A stretch of 64,000 bases of DNA from positions 11,718,001 through 11,782,000 of the forward strand of contig JBHGNT010000011.1 of the NCBI GenBank assembly GCA_043228905.1, given 5' to 3'. Position 1 is the stretch's first letter, and the number at the start of each line of letters is the position of its first letter. Shown here in pieces: positions 26,241 to 38,000 of the stretch. Origin of the DNA: Azolla caroliniana. Taxonomy: Eukaryota > Plantae > Polypodiophyta. The notes under the pieces were generated by a model, which saw only the letters and a program-made list of their open reading frames with translations, did not search any database and was not told the DNA's origin. Position numbers and translations under genes: made by a program.

Positions 26241-26846
26241 TTGTAAATGTAAATATGTATATATTTTTATATATTTATTTTATCTAGTCGCCGGTTCGCC
26301 GGATACCGTCGCAGACGCCGGATGCCGGATACCGGTGCCGCATGCCGCCATCGGATTGCCGTCGGATGCCGTCGGATCATCGGCTCCATCGCCGGTCCGG
26401 TTTTGGTTGGCCAAAACCCTTTACGAGTAGCTAGCCACCTCCACTCTAAGTTCAAGTTACCTTGAACTCTCTATGCTCCACACATAGACACAAAGATAAT
26501 ATCTTTTGCTCCACCTTATATATGATGAGAGCCGTATTTGTCGTGCCTATGTGGGATATCTCACAATTTTCTCTTTTCTTTTCACAAACTTTATACCCTC
26601 ATATCTTGACATTTAGTTGTCCATTTCTCGTGTAATAAAGTGCATTCGAAACCTCCATCATTTTGTACTTAGATATTATAAATGTTATCTTCACAATTAT
26701 TGTATTACGTGATTCATACTCGATTTTGTACGTTTTATGGGATTTTCACACTATTGCCGAAAATCTTCACGACATCCACCCCCACCAAACCGCACGTCCT
26801 CCGGTACATGCCCAGAAGAGAAGAAGTGAGATTTCGGCTACGATGA

Positions 26847-29800
26847 TCAATTAGATTCCTCCATGTCTTCATTTTCATCCGGCCTATTATGTTCATCGTC
26901 GAGGTAATCGAGGTCAGGATCCTTGTCTTGTCTTTTCTTGAAAAGCTTTACTCTTTTTCCCGCAATGGGTACGGCCAACCTTGATCCGTCTAGTTCCGCA
27001 AGGTGGTATGTGGCATTATCGTTGGCACTTGTCACCACATACGGCCCGAACCATCTTCTTGCAAACTTCCTTGTTGTACTATGTTGATTGTCAAGGGTGT
27101 TGTCGTAGACCAAAACCCAATCCCCTTCTTCAATCTTCTTGGGACGAAATCGATGCGTGTTGTCGAACCGAACTTTGTTCTTTACTCGGGTTGCCTTCAT
27201 CATCTTTCGCGCTTTTTCTAAATCTTCAGGTCTTCTTTCAAGTTGCCTTATCCGCGCTGCTAATAACTCTTCTCGGCTCATCTCGTTCTCCCACGGTATC
27301 GCTACCCATGAGGCGATCGTCCTTTCGATGGGCATAATCGGCTTTTGTCCATACATAAGCTCTGTCGGCATATACCCTGTCACCGAGCTATGTGTCGTTC
27401 TATCGGCCCACAAGGCATAGGGTAATAGTCGTGGCCAATTCCCGACTCGACCGTTGCATGCCCGTACGATGGCTTTAACGATAGGTCCATGCCCTCACTC
27501 GATCTTCCCATTTGCTTCCGGATTGTAGGCAGTCGTGAGGGAGAGCTTCACGCCTAGTCTTTCGAAGAGCTCCGTCGCTTCGTGCGCGTCCAACTCCCCT
27601 CGGTCGGCCACTATCTTCCCTACACATCCATATCGGCAAACAACATCTTCAAGTAAAAATTTACAAACGGCTGAAGTCGTCTTATTTGTCAAGGCTCGTC
27701 CTTCCACTTGATTTGTCATGTCTTCCCTTGCGAGCGCTAAGTACTTCATTTGTCCCACTCCCATTGGCATCGAGACCAGATCCACCATCCATTTGAAGTG
27801 AATGGTGAGTGGGTATGTCGGCTTTAACTCATCACGATGACGTATATTTGAATATATTTGGCAAGTTTCACATGTGGAAACGAAATGGAGTACATCTTTG
27901 TACATGCTTGGCCACCAGTACTTCTCCTTCAATTTTTCGAACGTCGCCCATGTTCCTCTATGACCTGCCCAAGCACTCTCGTGGAATTCGGTCATCAGCG
28001 TCTCTTGCTCTTCTTTCTTTACCACCACTCGACGTGGTATTCCTGTCCTTCTTTTTGGATGTCGCCAAAGGAATCCTCCCTTCAAGAAGTATCGATAAGC
28101 TTTCTTCCGGATTCGTAGGGCCTCCTCCTTTGTCAACGAAGCATCGGTCGTCAATGTTCTTAGGAATCTACCGATGAGTAACCACTCTCCTTCGTACTCG
28201 TTCTCGTTGAAGGCGTGGAGGGTTTGTGTGTCCTGGTCTTCCGCCGACAATCGAGCCATCTTGAAGAAGTCGAGGGCGACATCTTCATCTTCCGAAACCA
28301 TGTTACTTTCATTTGAAAATCTTGCCCTCGACAGCATGTCAGCCATGGCGTTCTTCTTCCCTGCGATGTGACGGATCTCTGGGTTTAAAGACTTGATGTA
28401 GGCGATCCACCTTAGCATAGCAAGATCTGGGGTCGCACATCCCGAGACCATTCCAAGAATTGGGAGACAATCTGTCTCTATTATCACTTCTGACCCGATC
28501 AGGTAATCTTTGTCCGTCTTCACTGCCGACACAATACCCCAAAGTTCCCGCTTGACTTGGGCATATCTTTGTTGCCGTTCGCTGAGAACCTTTGCTCTGA
28601 ACCGGACGGCATATCGCGCATTATCTTCACCTTCTTGATTGATGACCCACCCGATTCCGGTTGGGCTCGTATCTACGGTCACGTAAATTGGTTTCCCTTC
28701 GGCATAGTCGGCCTTCCTTAGTGCCGGAGCTTCAAGAAGCAGTTTCTTTAATCTTTGCATCGCCTCTGTGTGCTCATCTCGCCATTTGAACTTTATTCTT
28801 TTCTTTAGTAGTCCATATAACGGTTCAGCGACATGAGCATAGTGAGGAATCCATATATGATAAAACACGCACGCTCCAAGGAACCTTCGAACCTCCGTTT
28901 GGTTTTCGCATTCTTCTTTCATGTCTTAGATTGCGTTCACTTTGGATGGCGAGGGCTTCCGGCCGTATGCTCCACACAAGTGACCTACCACCAAGATCTC
29001 CGGTTGCCCGAATGCGGATTTTTCTCCCGAAAATGTCAAATTCGCATCTTCGAGCCTTTGAAGCACCTTCTCGCAATCTTTCATATGATCCGCAACGAAC
29101 TTTCTACAACCTTCCTTATCTTTCGATTCATCTTTCTCCTCATCCGAACATCCTTTTATCAGAATATCATCCAAGAATGGCATCGTGATGTCCGGAATGC
29201 AATCCTTCAAGACTTTATTCATGGCATTCACCATATGAGCCACCGAGTTCGTTGCGCCTTGGGGTAAGGTACACATCCGCACAAGCCCGATCGGAGTCCT
29301 CATGGTTGTAATGTCCCGACTGTCGATCGCCAACTGGAATTGGTCATATCCGGAGTAGAGATCGCCAATGGAGTAGATGGACCGGCCCGCAAACGCTTCG
29401 GCAAATTCGTCCACGCTCGGACCGATTCCAGCATTTCGAATTGTCACCTTGTTGACGGGTTGAAGATCTTGGATGAATCGCAATGATCCATTCTTCTTCG
29501 GCACCGTGAACCACCTATTGGAATAAGGAGCATTCGACGGTTCTAGAATTCCCATACTCACCTTCTCCTTTAAGAGCTCGATCAGCTTCGGAAGGTGTGC
29601 TCTCGGAACCGGTATTGGTTTCAAATTCCAAGGCACATGAGGCACCGTGAAGATCACCATCGGCTCTATAACCTTTGGGTCGGCGCATCCGATTTCTCGT
29701 GGGAAGAATGCGAAAGCCTTCCCATGTCTCTCAAGCATATCGCGAAACATTCGCTCCTCTTCAGGGAGAAGGAAATCCTCCTTTCCAACTCGTAGCTTCC

Positions 29801-30341
29801 CCTTCGTCTCTTTGGTGAAGTCATGACCTATCTTCTTCGGATCTCTTAAGCTTGGATCGTTAGCGACTTCCTTCATCTTTTGCCAGCTATCTTCCGGTAG
29901 CGGAACCGCAACTGGCTTGATCTTCTTATCCACTGTTTTATATTTCGTGTTGATGTCAGCTTCATTCATCGAGATGCCACGACGGTATTCATCGATGATA
30001 GCGTACATGTTGACGGAGTTAACCGAAATCACTCGTTGGTTGTGAAGATAGCTCAAGTCCACGATGTCCTCGATTTCGCCGATGGTGTCGTTAAATGAGG
30101 CTTCTTCCATGATATGAGTCACGAACTCTCCTTCTTCTATTATGTTCTCTTCTTTCAGCATCTTCTCGAATTCTTGTATCCGGCGCTTGTGCTTCTTGTC
30201 GGGTAGTACTAGTTTACATGCGCCACTAGGTGTGACACATGTTGCTTCTCCTTGCAATCCACGCGCTCTTCTTTCTTGTGGGGTCTTGTGATTGCTCGGA
30301 CTATTTGTGCCCCATGCTTCAATAGTCTGCTCTAAAAATCC
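26847..30341 (-). pseudogene. G2 pol (RT, RNase H, integrase) in the -1 frame, two nonsense mutations
   Basis: ORFs 28926-30257, 27495-28922 and 26847-27413 share one frame, broken by TAA (28926) and TGA (27495); DLYSGYDQF, FLDD, VDTSPTGIG, HHCC, WFGPY. Confidence 0.92.
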
Positions 30342-32530
30342 GAGGATTCGCCTCCGAGACTATCTCGATTCCTTTCATGATTGGCTCGCACTGTTAGGAA
30401 TTGGACCGATCTTTGGTTGTCAAGACTCTTTATTCGTGCGAAGGCTGCTCCATTATCGAACACTTTGGTCTCCATTCGAGATGATGTGATATAAGGTTGC
30501 CCTAGGATGACAGGATGCGATGCCGATTCTTGTACGAAGAAGTGTTGATCCATCTCCACATCCCCGATCGTGACTTTGACATTGGGACAAGCTCCGTACA
30601 AGTCCTCCGTAGACTTTGTTGCCGCGCGAATCTTCCATCTGTGGTTTGTATTAATTGGCCATCTTCCCTTTTTGTAGAAGTCGGTTGACATGAGGTTGAT
30701 CTCCGAGCCGTGGTCGATCAAGGCTACGACGGTCTCTTTCTTCTCCCCGATCTTCACCGGCGTCTCCGTTGTCGCTCGTGCCCAATGAGGTCGAGTGTAG
30801 TGGCTGTCCACCATATCTTCATCGATTTCGTCTCTTGCCATCGTTATGGCATTCGTTTTTGCTTTCTGCGGCTTCTCTTCTTCCTCGTCCGATTGTTGTC
30901 TCTTTCTCTTTACAAGGTCCACGATCGTGTCATGGAACTCCTTCTTCGTAATGCCAAGCAATTCCCTCAAGGACAAAGTTACGTGGCTATCAAGAACTCG
31001 TTCTTCGAGAATCTTCTTTAGGTCCGTCGTCTGCTCTATGTCCGACCTTAGCTTATAGGTAGGTATGGTCCTTGTCCTCCGAGCGGGGTCTTCGACACCA
31101 ACCTTCACGGGCCGAACCGTTTCTTCAACTCGTATGCTCGGCTCCCCTTTTCGGCTTGATTCTCGTTCCTCCGTTTGTAAAGGTCGACTCATCTCCGCAT
31201 CGTCCTTCTTTTTCGCGTTCCTTGTTTCATGTCTTTTTGATGGCCCTTGCTCTTCTATTCTCTTTCTCTTCTCTTCGACGAACACCTCGTGGTTGTCACA
31301 CATCACCTCCGCGAGTATGGTGTTGTCGTCCACCGAATCCGACCACCCGGTTATGCTTTGCACGCTTCGGTCCGCAAGCTCTACCTCGTTCGGTGTGATT
31401 TTTCCCTTCTTCTCATATTCGAGAACGGAAGTCCAAAACTTTGCTCCCTCTCTAGCAGCTTCAGTCTTGTCTTTCCCGACTCTTATTCCGGCCGACGCAG
31501 CATAGTGCATCGCATCCACATGAGTCGCATCGGCATCCTCCATAGATCTCTTCATTCCTCCTCTTCCGAAATTCACCCGTAGGGGTCTTCTAGTCTCGCT
31601 TGAGCAGATCATGTTGTCCTCTATGTATACGATATTTTGTCGAATCGCCTCTCGAAGGCTCGCACAATCCCTTCTCATGTGGTCCATGCTATCGCACCAC
31701 ACGCATCTAAAGGGTTCTTTTCCTTTAGGGCCCCGACGATTCATGTTGGCTAGAGTGACCTTCTCGAACTTCTTCGCTAGCTCTTCAATGATGTCGTCAT
31801 CAATCTTCTTTTCTTCCATGTTACTTTGTCTCGGCGGCTCAGCTACTTTCGGCGGTCTTGCTTTCTCCGTGGTAGTCGGTCCCATCAAGTCGGTGTCATC
31901 AACCCATTGGCGACGCTTGTCGAGCCTATTGCATGCCCGCTTCACCCCGATCCAGTCCGCTACGAGCCCATTTGCTTGGGTATCATCTTCGAGAAGAGTC
32001 CCCAACTCCCGTCTATCCTTTATGTCCACGGCCTTCAAGAAGTACAAAGTCTTGTCCTCTTCAAGCAATACTTGGTCCGTATTGGGGAGACGACTAAACA
32101 TCTGGTCGAATTCGTCGTACACCCTCGAGACGCTCATCTTCTTATTCTTCTTCTCTATCCACTTCATCAGGGCATGTCGAGTCATCCTCGTTGAGTCTTC
32201 AGTCACGAACTCCGCTAGTATCGTTTTCTCGAACTCGGACCATGTTGTCTTTCCTTCTTGAAGCTCGATGACGCGTCTTTGGATGTTGTTGGCGACAACT
32301 CTCTTGAAGCTTGCGATTTGACGTGCCTCGGACACGTCCCTTTGATTCATCTCCCTCTTATATGCATCAAGGAACTTCGTAACGTTCCATCCATCGAATT
32401 GGCCCTCGAGCTCTACGACACGATCAACAGCCTTCTCCACGCTCGCGTCGTTGTCCCGAGATCTCATCATTTGCTCGACGATTAGCATCATCCTTTCGAG
32501 CTCTCCCGCTTGGTTGCTTGAGGATGCCAT
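30332..32530 (-). CDS. G2 Gag-protease ORF (intact, ~732 aa)
   Basis: CCHC knuckle CVWCDSMDHMRRDC; aspartic protease ALIDHGSEINLM..ILGQP; first ATG at 32530. Confidence 0.9.
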   Translation of the reverse strand: MASSSNQAGELERMMLIVEQMMRSRDNDASVEKAVDRVVELEGQFDGWNVTKFLDAYKREMNQRDVSEARQIASFKRVVANNIQRRVIELQEGKTTWSEFEKTILAEFVTEDSTRMTRHALMKWIEKKNKKMSVSRVYDEFDQMFSRLPNTDQVLLEEDKTLYFLKAVDIKDRRELGTLLEDDTQANGLVADWIGVKRACNRLDKRRQWVDDTDLMGPTTTEKARPPKVAEPPRQSNMEEKKIDDDIIEELAKKFEKVTLANMNRRGPKGKEPFRCVWCDSMDHMRRDCASLREAIRQNIVYIEDNMICSSETRRPLRVNFGRGGMKRSMEDADATHVDAMHYAASAGIRVGKDKTEAAREGAKFWTSVLEYEKKGKITPNEVELADRSVQSITGWSDSVDDNTILAEVMCDNHEVFVEEKRKRIEEQGPSKRHETRNAKKKDDAEMSRPLQTEERESSRKGEPSIRVEETVRPVKVGVEDPARRTRTIPTYKLRSDIEQTTDLKKILEERVLDSHVTLSLRELLGITKKEFHDTIVDLVKRKRQQSDEEEEKPQKAKTNAITMARDEIDEDMVDSHYTRPHWARATTETPVKIGEKKETVVALIDHGSEINLMSTDFYKKGRWPINTNHRWKIRAATKSTEDLYGACPNVKVTIGDVEMDQHFFVQESASHPVILGQPYITSSRMETKVFDNGAAFARIKSLDNQRSVQFLTVRANHERNRDSLGGESSDF

Positions 32531-32990
32531 CTCCAAGTATTAATCTCGACTTGATCCTTCCTACCGCCTCTTTCACGTCGGGTTCACCACTTGATTATGT
32601 CGTGAAGATCCGTCACTACGCGCGGATCGTGAGGCGGAACCGCCGGGGTTCTGGACCAGAAGGATTTAGAGTCGATACAAGCTTTGGCGAGAAAGTACTT
32701 AAGATAGATTGGGAAAGAGAGAAGATGAGATTACATGATTGATTTCAAAACGAATTTCTTCCTCTTAATTTTCATAAAAAAAAACCATGTTTTTCTCCTC
32801 CCCCTTCCCTCTTTTATAGATGCTCTCATGCATATGATGCATGTGAGGGTACAAGACATGCATAAATTGCATGTTTTCCATTTGGCGCTTAAGTATTACA
32901 TGTGGTGCATGCTAACCATGTCACTCATTTTAGCACTCATGGATGAGAATTTACATGTAAAAGTACAATGATAGAAATATAATTTCAACT

Positions 32991-33065
32991 AAATACTATG
33001 GCTTAATGGTAAGCCATTTGACTCCTAATTGGGAGGTGCAAGGTTCGAATCCATACTTGCCCTCC
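32991..33065 (+). promoter_or_regulatory. tRNA-derived Pol III type-2 promoter-like module in G2 5' LTR
   Basis: Same A box (32999-33009) and B box (33042-33052). Confidence 0.7.
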
Positions 33066-35000
33066 TTGTAAATGTAAATATGTATATATTTTTATATATT
33101 TATTTTATCTAGTCGCCGGTTCGCCGGATACCGTCACCGGATGCCGTCGTTGGATGCCGACGCCGACGCCGGATGCCGCCGCCGAATACCGACGCCGGAT
33201 ACCGGTGCCGCATGCCGCCATCGGATTGCCGTCGGATGCCGTCGGATCACCGGCTCCATCGCCGGTCCGGTTTTGGTTGGCCAAAACCCTTTACGAGTAG
33301 CTAGCCACCTCCACTCTAAGTTCAAGTTACCTTGAACTCTCTATGCTCCACACATAGACACAAAGATAATATCTTTTGCTCCACCTTATATATGATGAGA
33401 GCCGTATTTGTCGTGCCTATGTGGGATATCTCACAATTTTCTCTTTTCTTTTCACAAACTTTATACCCTCATATCTTGACATTTAGTTGTCCATTTCTCG
33501 TGTAATAAAGTGCATTCGAAACCTCCATCATTTTGTACTTAGATATTATAAATGTTATCTTCACAATTATTGTATTACGTGATTCATACTCGATTTTGTA
33601 CGTTTTATGGGATTTTCACACTATTGCCGAAAATCTTCACGACACCGGTATTGCATGTTGTGCAGGGGCTTGTGAGACCGGTTCCGTCCAAACCAGTTCC
33701 GGTTCCTCCCTTGGCGTGGGATTCTCAGTGTGGGGTAAAGGTGTTTCATCCTTCTGTGGGTCCGAACACTTCCCGGCTGATTCTGCAGTGCTCGTCTTCG
33801 GCCGCCGCTAGAGGTACTCCGTAGGTTCTTCCTCTGTTTCCTCCTCCTAAGTCCCGGCATTCATTCTTGCGGCCAGAGTGTCTGTTTCTTGCTGCACCGG
33901 TCGGCGGAGTGTGCTCTTCAGGGGCCGTGCCGGTGTCTCCTCCTGCTTGTCCATCGGCTGCTCCCGGATGGCGTGCTCCTTCGCCACCTGCTCCGTGTCG
34001 GCTGTCTTCCCCTTAGTGGTCTTGGTGGCCAACAACTGTTGTCGTTTTGAAGCAGCTTTCGGGGTGTCCTCCATTACTCTTCCCCGCTTCTTGGTCTAGA
34101 CAGGCTCGACATGTGGCGCCAATAGGGTGAGCCATTGCGCCACCGCATGCCATATTTTCCGGCCTTCTTTGGTTTCCTTACCTCTTATGGTGTCAATAGC
34201 CGCACACAATCCGTCGGCGATCATCACCGGCCAATCCACCTTAACCCCTTCGTATGTTGCGATGATCAAGCCTGCTCGGTTCTGAGGCATAACGGGGGTC
34301 GAGGGTATACGTGGCCGAACTCATGGAGTACATGGACAATTTCTCGGAATAACATATCTTCTCCGCTCTGTGTCCTGTAGCCCTTGTTGGCCAAAGAATA
34401 CTCGCCGAAGTATTTGATGAGCCGTTTAGAGGTAGGGTTGTCAATAGTATAGATGCCCCCCTCCGGAAGGCCTGTCAGTGCATGGATCGCTTCCTCCGTG
34501 ATCAGCTCAGTGTCAATTTCTTTGACGATCTTGTCGGCTTCTTTGTGTGGTGGTGCGTCCATGATTGTGAGGAACCCCTCCAATCCGTGTTGTCGTAGCC
34601 ATTTCTTGGCAGTCTCAGAGAGAGTCTGGCAATCCATGTCTACGTCAAGGTCGGACAGTGGTGAGGGTTGTGTATGAGGAAGCTCTGTGTGTGTTGGCTC
34701 TCTTCTGATGATCTTTAAGCGCCCGTGTGCGTTTGTGCTCCTTGGTTCGCGAAAGAAGAAGGTCTCGATGCGTGGGGGGTTTTCTCTCTACATCTTGGCG
34801 CCTTTTTCGAGCCTCCACGTGTGCAGGTCGTATACTATAATAGCATTACGTGCCATGTGGCGGTGGTTTAATGCCCTATTCATAGCCCCGTCGTACCTTT
34901 TCGAAGTGCCTCTTAACTCCTCATTTGCATGCCCATTCACACCACTCCTTTGCATGATTTCTTTGATTCGTTTCGTTTTTTTTTTTTTTCAATTGTTGGG

Positions 35001-38000
35001 TTAATTCGTCTCCGGTCCTATCGGACCCTTACCCGAATGAGGAATCTTGCCGGCATCGTGACGGTTTGCCATCCTTTTATCCAACCCGTGTGCCTGCTCT
35101 TTGTCCCCCTTACCGGCTTCGTTGTTGCCGATTGCTAATCGGGTTGCCGTTGTTTCCGGTATGCCGATATCTGGTTCGGCATCAGCCTTTCCTTGTTCAA
35201 ATGGGTTCCTCGGCATGGGTCCCTTGTATGGCTTTAGTCGAAATCCATTGACCCACTTACCCAGGACCTCGCCGGCAAGTGTCCCTAACTGGTAGGATCC
35301 ATTGAACTCGCGTGTGATCCAGTACGGTCCAATCCACCGAAACCGTAGTTTCCCCGGCATCTTTCCCATCCGGGTCTGGAACACTAGTACCGGCTTGCCG
35401 ATTCCAAACACCTTCTCATTTCCTTTTCGGTGGCGATCCACAAACGCCTTTCTTCGTCGCTACTCCAGTTCTAGGTGCATGATACTCGCTAGTCGGTGTT
35501 CTTCTAGTTCACACAGAGCTGCTAACCGAATTGCCTCTGATTCCTTCTCGTTTAACCGTTCCCTAATCTGAATCCGTAAGCTCGGGACCTGGAACTCTAC
35601 CAGCATGATGGCCTCCAATCCGAATGCTAGCCGGAACGGTGTGGTTTGGATGCTTGTTTTGTAGGGGCATGTCGGAGATGCTACGACAAGGAAGATCCGG
35701 TAAGCCCAAAGTGCGTTGTGCAACTTCGTATCCCAGTATGACTGGTTTTCGTTGACGATTTTCCAAAGGATATTCTGTAGTGTTTTGTTCGTCGACTCGG
35801 CTAGCCCGTTTGCTTGCGGATAGTATGGCGTGCTCCGTTTATGCACTACGGCATAGAACGACGCCAATCTTTCCACCACTTGGCCGAGGAAGTGCCCTCC
35901 TTGGTCATTTATTAGCTCGATCGGGCATCCATACCTGCACCAGATGTATTCATACAAGAATTTCGCCGTCGACGCCGCGGTGTTGTCGCGCAAGGCTTTG
36001 GTTTCTACCCATTTCGTGCAGTAATCCGTAGCTACGATCACATACCGGTTGCCGGTTCTCATTGCCGGTGGTCTGAATGGACCCACAAAATCCAGCCCCC
36101 ATTTCTGAAATGGTTCTAACGGTAGTACCGGCTGGTGCGGCATCCTAGCTTGTTCGGTTGGTTGGCCCATTCGCTAACATAGATCGCATTCTTTAGCGTA
36201 CCGGACCGCATCTTTCAATGTTGTCGACCACCATAGGCCACTCTACCATATCTTCCTTGTCGTAGCATCTCCGGCGTAATGGCCTTCGGCAACTCCGCAG
36301 TGTGCTTCTCGTAGTATTATATCCTTCTCGTCGTTGCGCACCGCCCATCGCCATATACCATCCGCGCCTTTGTGGTATAGCGTGTCCCGTACTAAACAGA
36401 AGTGCCGGCTTTGTACTGCCAGGCATTTCCTCTCGTCCCGGTTCATCTCATCCAGAAGCAATCTGGTGCTCAGAAATTGTTGCATATTCGTTAGCCACTT
36501 ATCTTCTTGTGCCACCGTTTCATCTGTTGTCGTTTCCGCGGTGACTCGAAATAGCTCAACATCTGGAAACTCGTTCGGGACTCCGTCACCAGTCTCGCTG
36601 GAATCTAACCGGCTCAAATAGTCTGCTACTGCGTGCTGTTTGCCGGGTCGGTGGAATATTTCGAACTCAAATTCCTGCAACAGTAACGTCCACCATGCCA
36701 ACTTATCGATTAGTGACGCTTTGGAAACTAAATAAAGGAGTGCCGAATGATCTACGTGGAAGGAAAATTTCCTTCCCAGCAAAAAATGTCTGAATTTTGT
36801 CACGTTGTAGATCATGCCCAAAGCTTCCCTTTCCATTGTGGAATAATTTCGTTCGGCTTGGGATAACTTTCGGCTTGCATAATACACTGGCCGGTACCAC
36901 CTTGGCTCCGTAAGTTGCATCAACGCACTTCCGATTGCAATGTCAGACGCATCCACGAACACATGAAACTCCTTAGCCCAATCCGGGGGTTGCACTGTCG
37001 GCGCTTGCGACAATAGTACTTTGAGTGCCCGGTACGCCTTGTCTTCGGTGTCGGTCCACTGGAACGGTGTTCGGTGTACCGTAGCATGCAGCGGTGTAGC
37101 TAGGTCCGCCAGATACCGGAGCATTCGGCTATGCCACCGGATTTGGCCTAAGAAACGGCTTAATGCTTTGGCCGTTGCTGGTGCCAGTGCCTCCAAGATT
37201 GCTTTTACTTTGTCTGGGTCCACGACAATTCCTTCCTTGCTCACAATGTGTCCTAATAGCGCCCCGCTTGACACTCCGAATACACATTTTTCCGGATTCA
37301 AGCTTAGCTGGTAAGCCCGACATTTCTCTAGACACAGTCGGAGGTGCTGAAAGAGATCGCCTTCCCGACTATAGACGGCGAAGTCATCCAGAAACACCTG
37401 CATGAATGTCGGTATGAATTCTCCGAATATTTCCATTATGATCCTCTGGAACGTTGCCGGTGCTATTTTTAGTCCGAACATCATTACTACGGCAACAAAC
37501 ACTCCCCATTCAGTGACGAAAGCCGTTTTCTCCTAGTCATCGGGGTGCATCCGGATCTGGTTGTATCCACTGAAACCGTCTAAGAAACTGTATACCTCAT
37601 GGCCAGCGACTGCGTCCAAAACTCCATCCGTAAATGGGAGTGGGAATGCATCTGTTACTGTCGCCACGTTAAGCTTACGGTAGTCGACACAAACTCTAAT
37701 TTTGCCATTTGTCTTTGGTACGACTACAATCGGGCTCAGCCATGTAGATTTCTTTATTGGGCGGATAAAGCCAACCCTCAGCAACTTGTCAATTTCCTCC
37801 TTGACTTTGGCGGCGTAATTTGGATTCATCCGGTACCACCGCTGTGCTACCGGTTTGGCATCTTTGCTCAAATGTATCTGATGCTGATATAGCTGAGGAT
37901 CGAGCCCTCACATATCCTCGTAAGACCAGGCAAACACATCCCAAAATTCTTTGAGAAGTGTAATCATCGCCGTTTTGTTCTCCGGAGTCATTTCCTTGGC

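Larger units (their letters stand above)
25773..33644 (-). mobile_element. Young full-length Ty3/gypsy G2 (Phygy/Selgy-like non-chromovirus) nested in G1
   Basis: LTRs 25773-26774 and 32598-33644 (about 6 substitutions plus a 45-bp indel); 12-bp terminal IR tgtcgtgaagat; TSD ccgg; PBS TGGTGAACCCGACGTGAA 32589-32572 (tRNA-Trp 3' end); PPT ggtgggggtgga; lineage name is inferred. Confidence 0.95.
23920..34790 (-). pseudogene. G1 extra 3' ORF (PMD-like N-terminus, coiled coil, Q-rich tail), split by G2
   Basis: ITEEAIHALTGLPEGG and VDWPVMIAD (34637-34096); E/K/Q-rich helical ORFs 25619-24235; ends ..QQQQIPVEPLETLEQSILDILDEE* at 23920; start approximate. Confidence 0.65.

Noticed and set aside
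31065-32485. Long + strand ORFs antisense to G2 gag (146 and 216 aa)
   Set aside because: S/F/L-rich shadow frames of the E/K-rich gag; no motifs.
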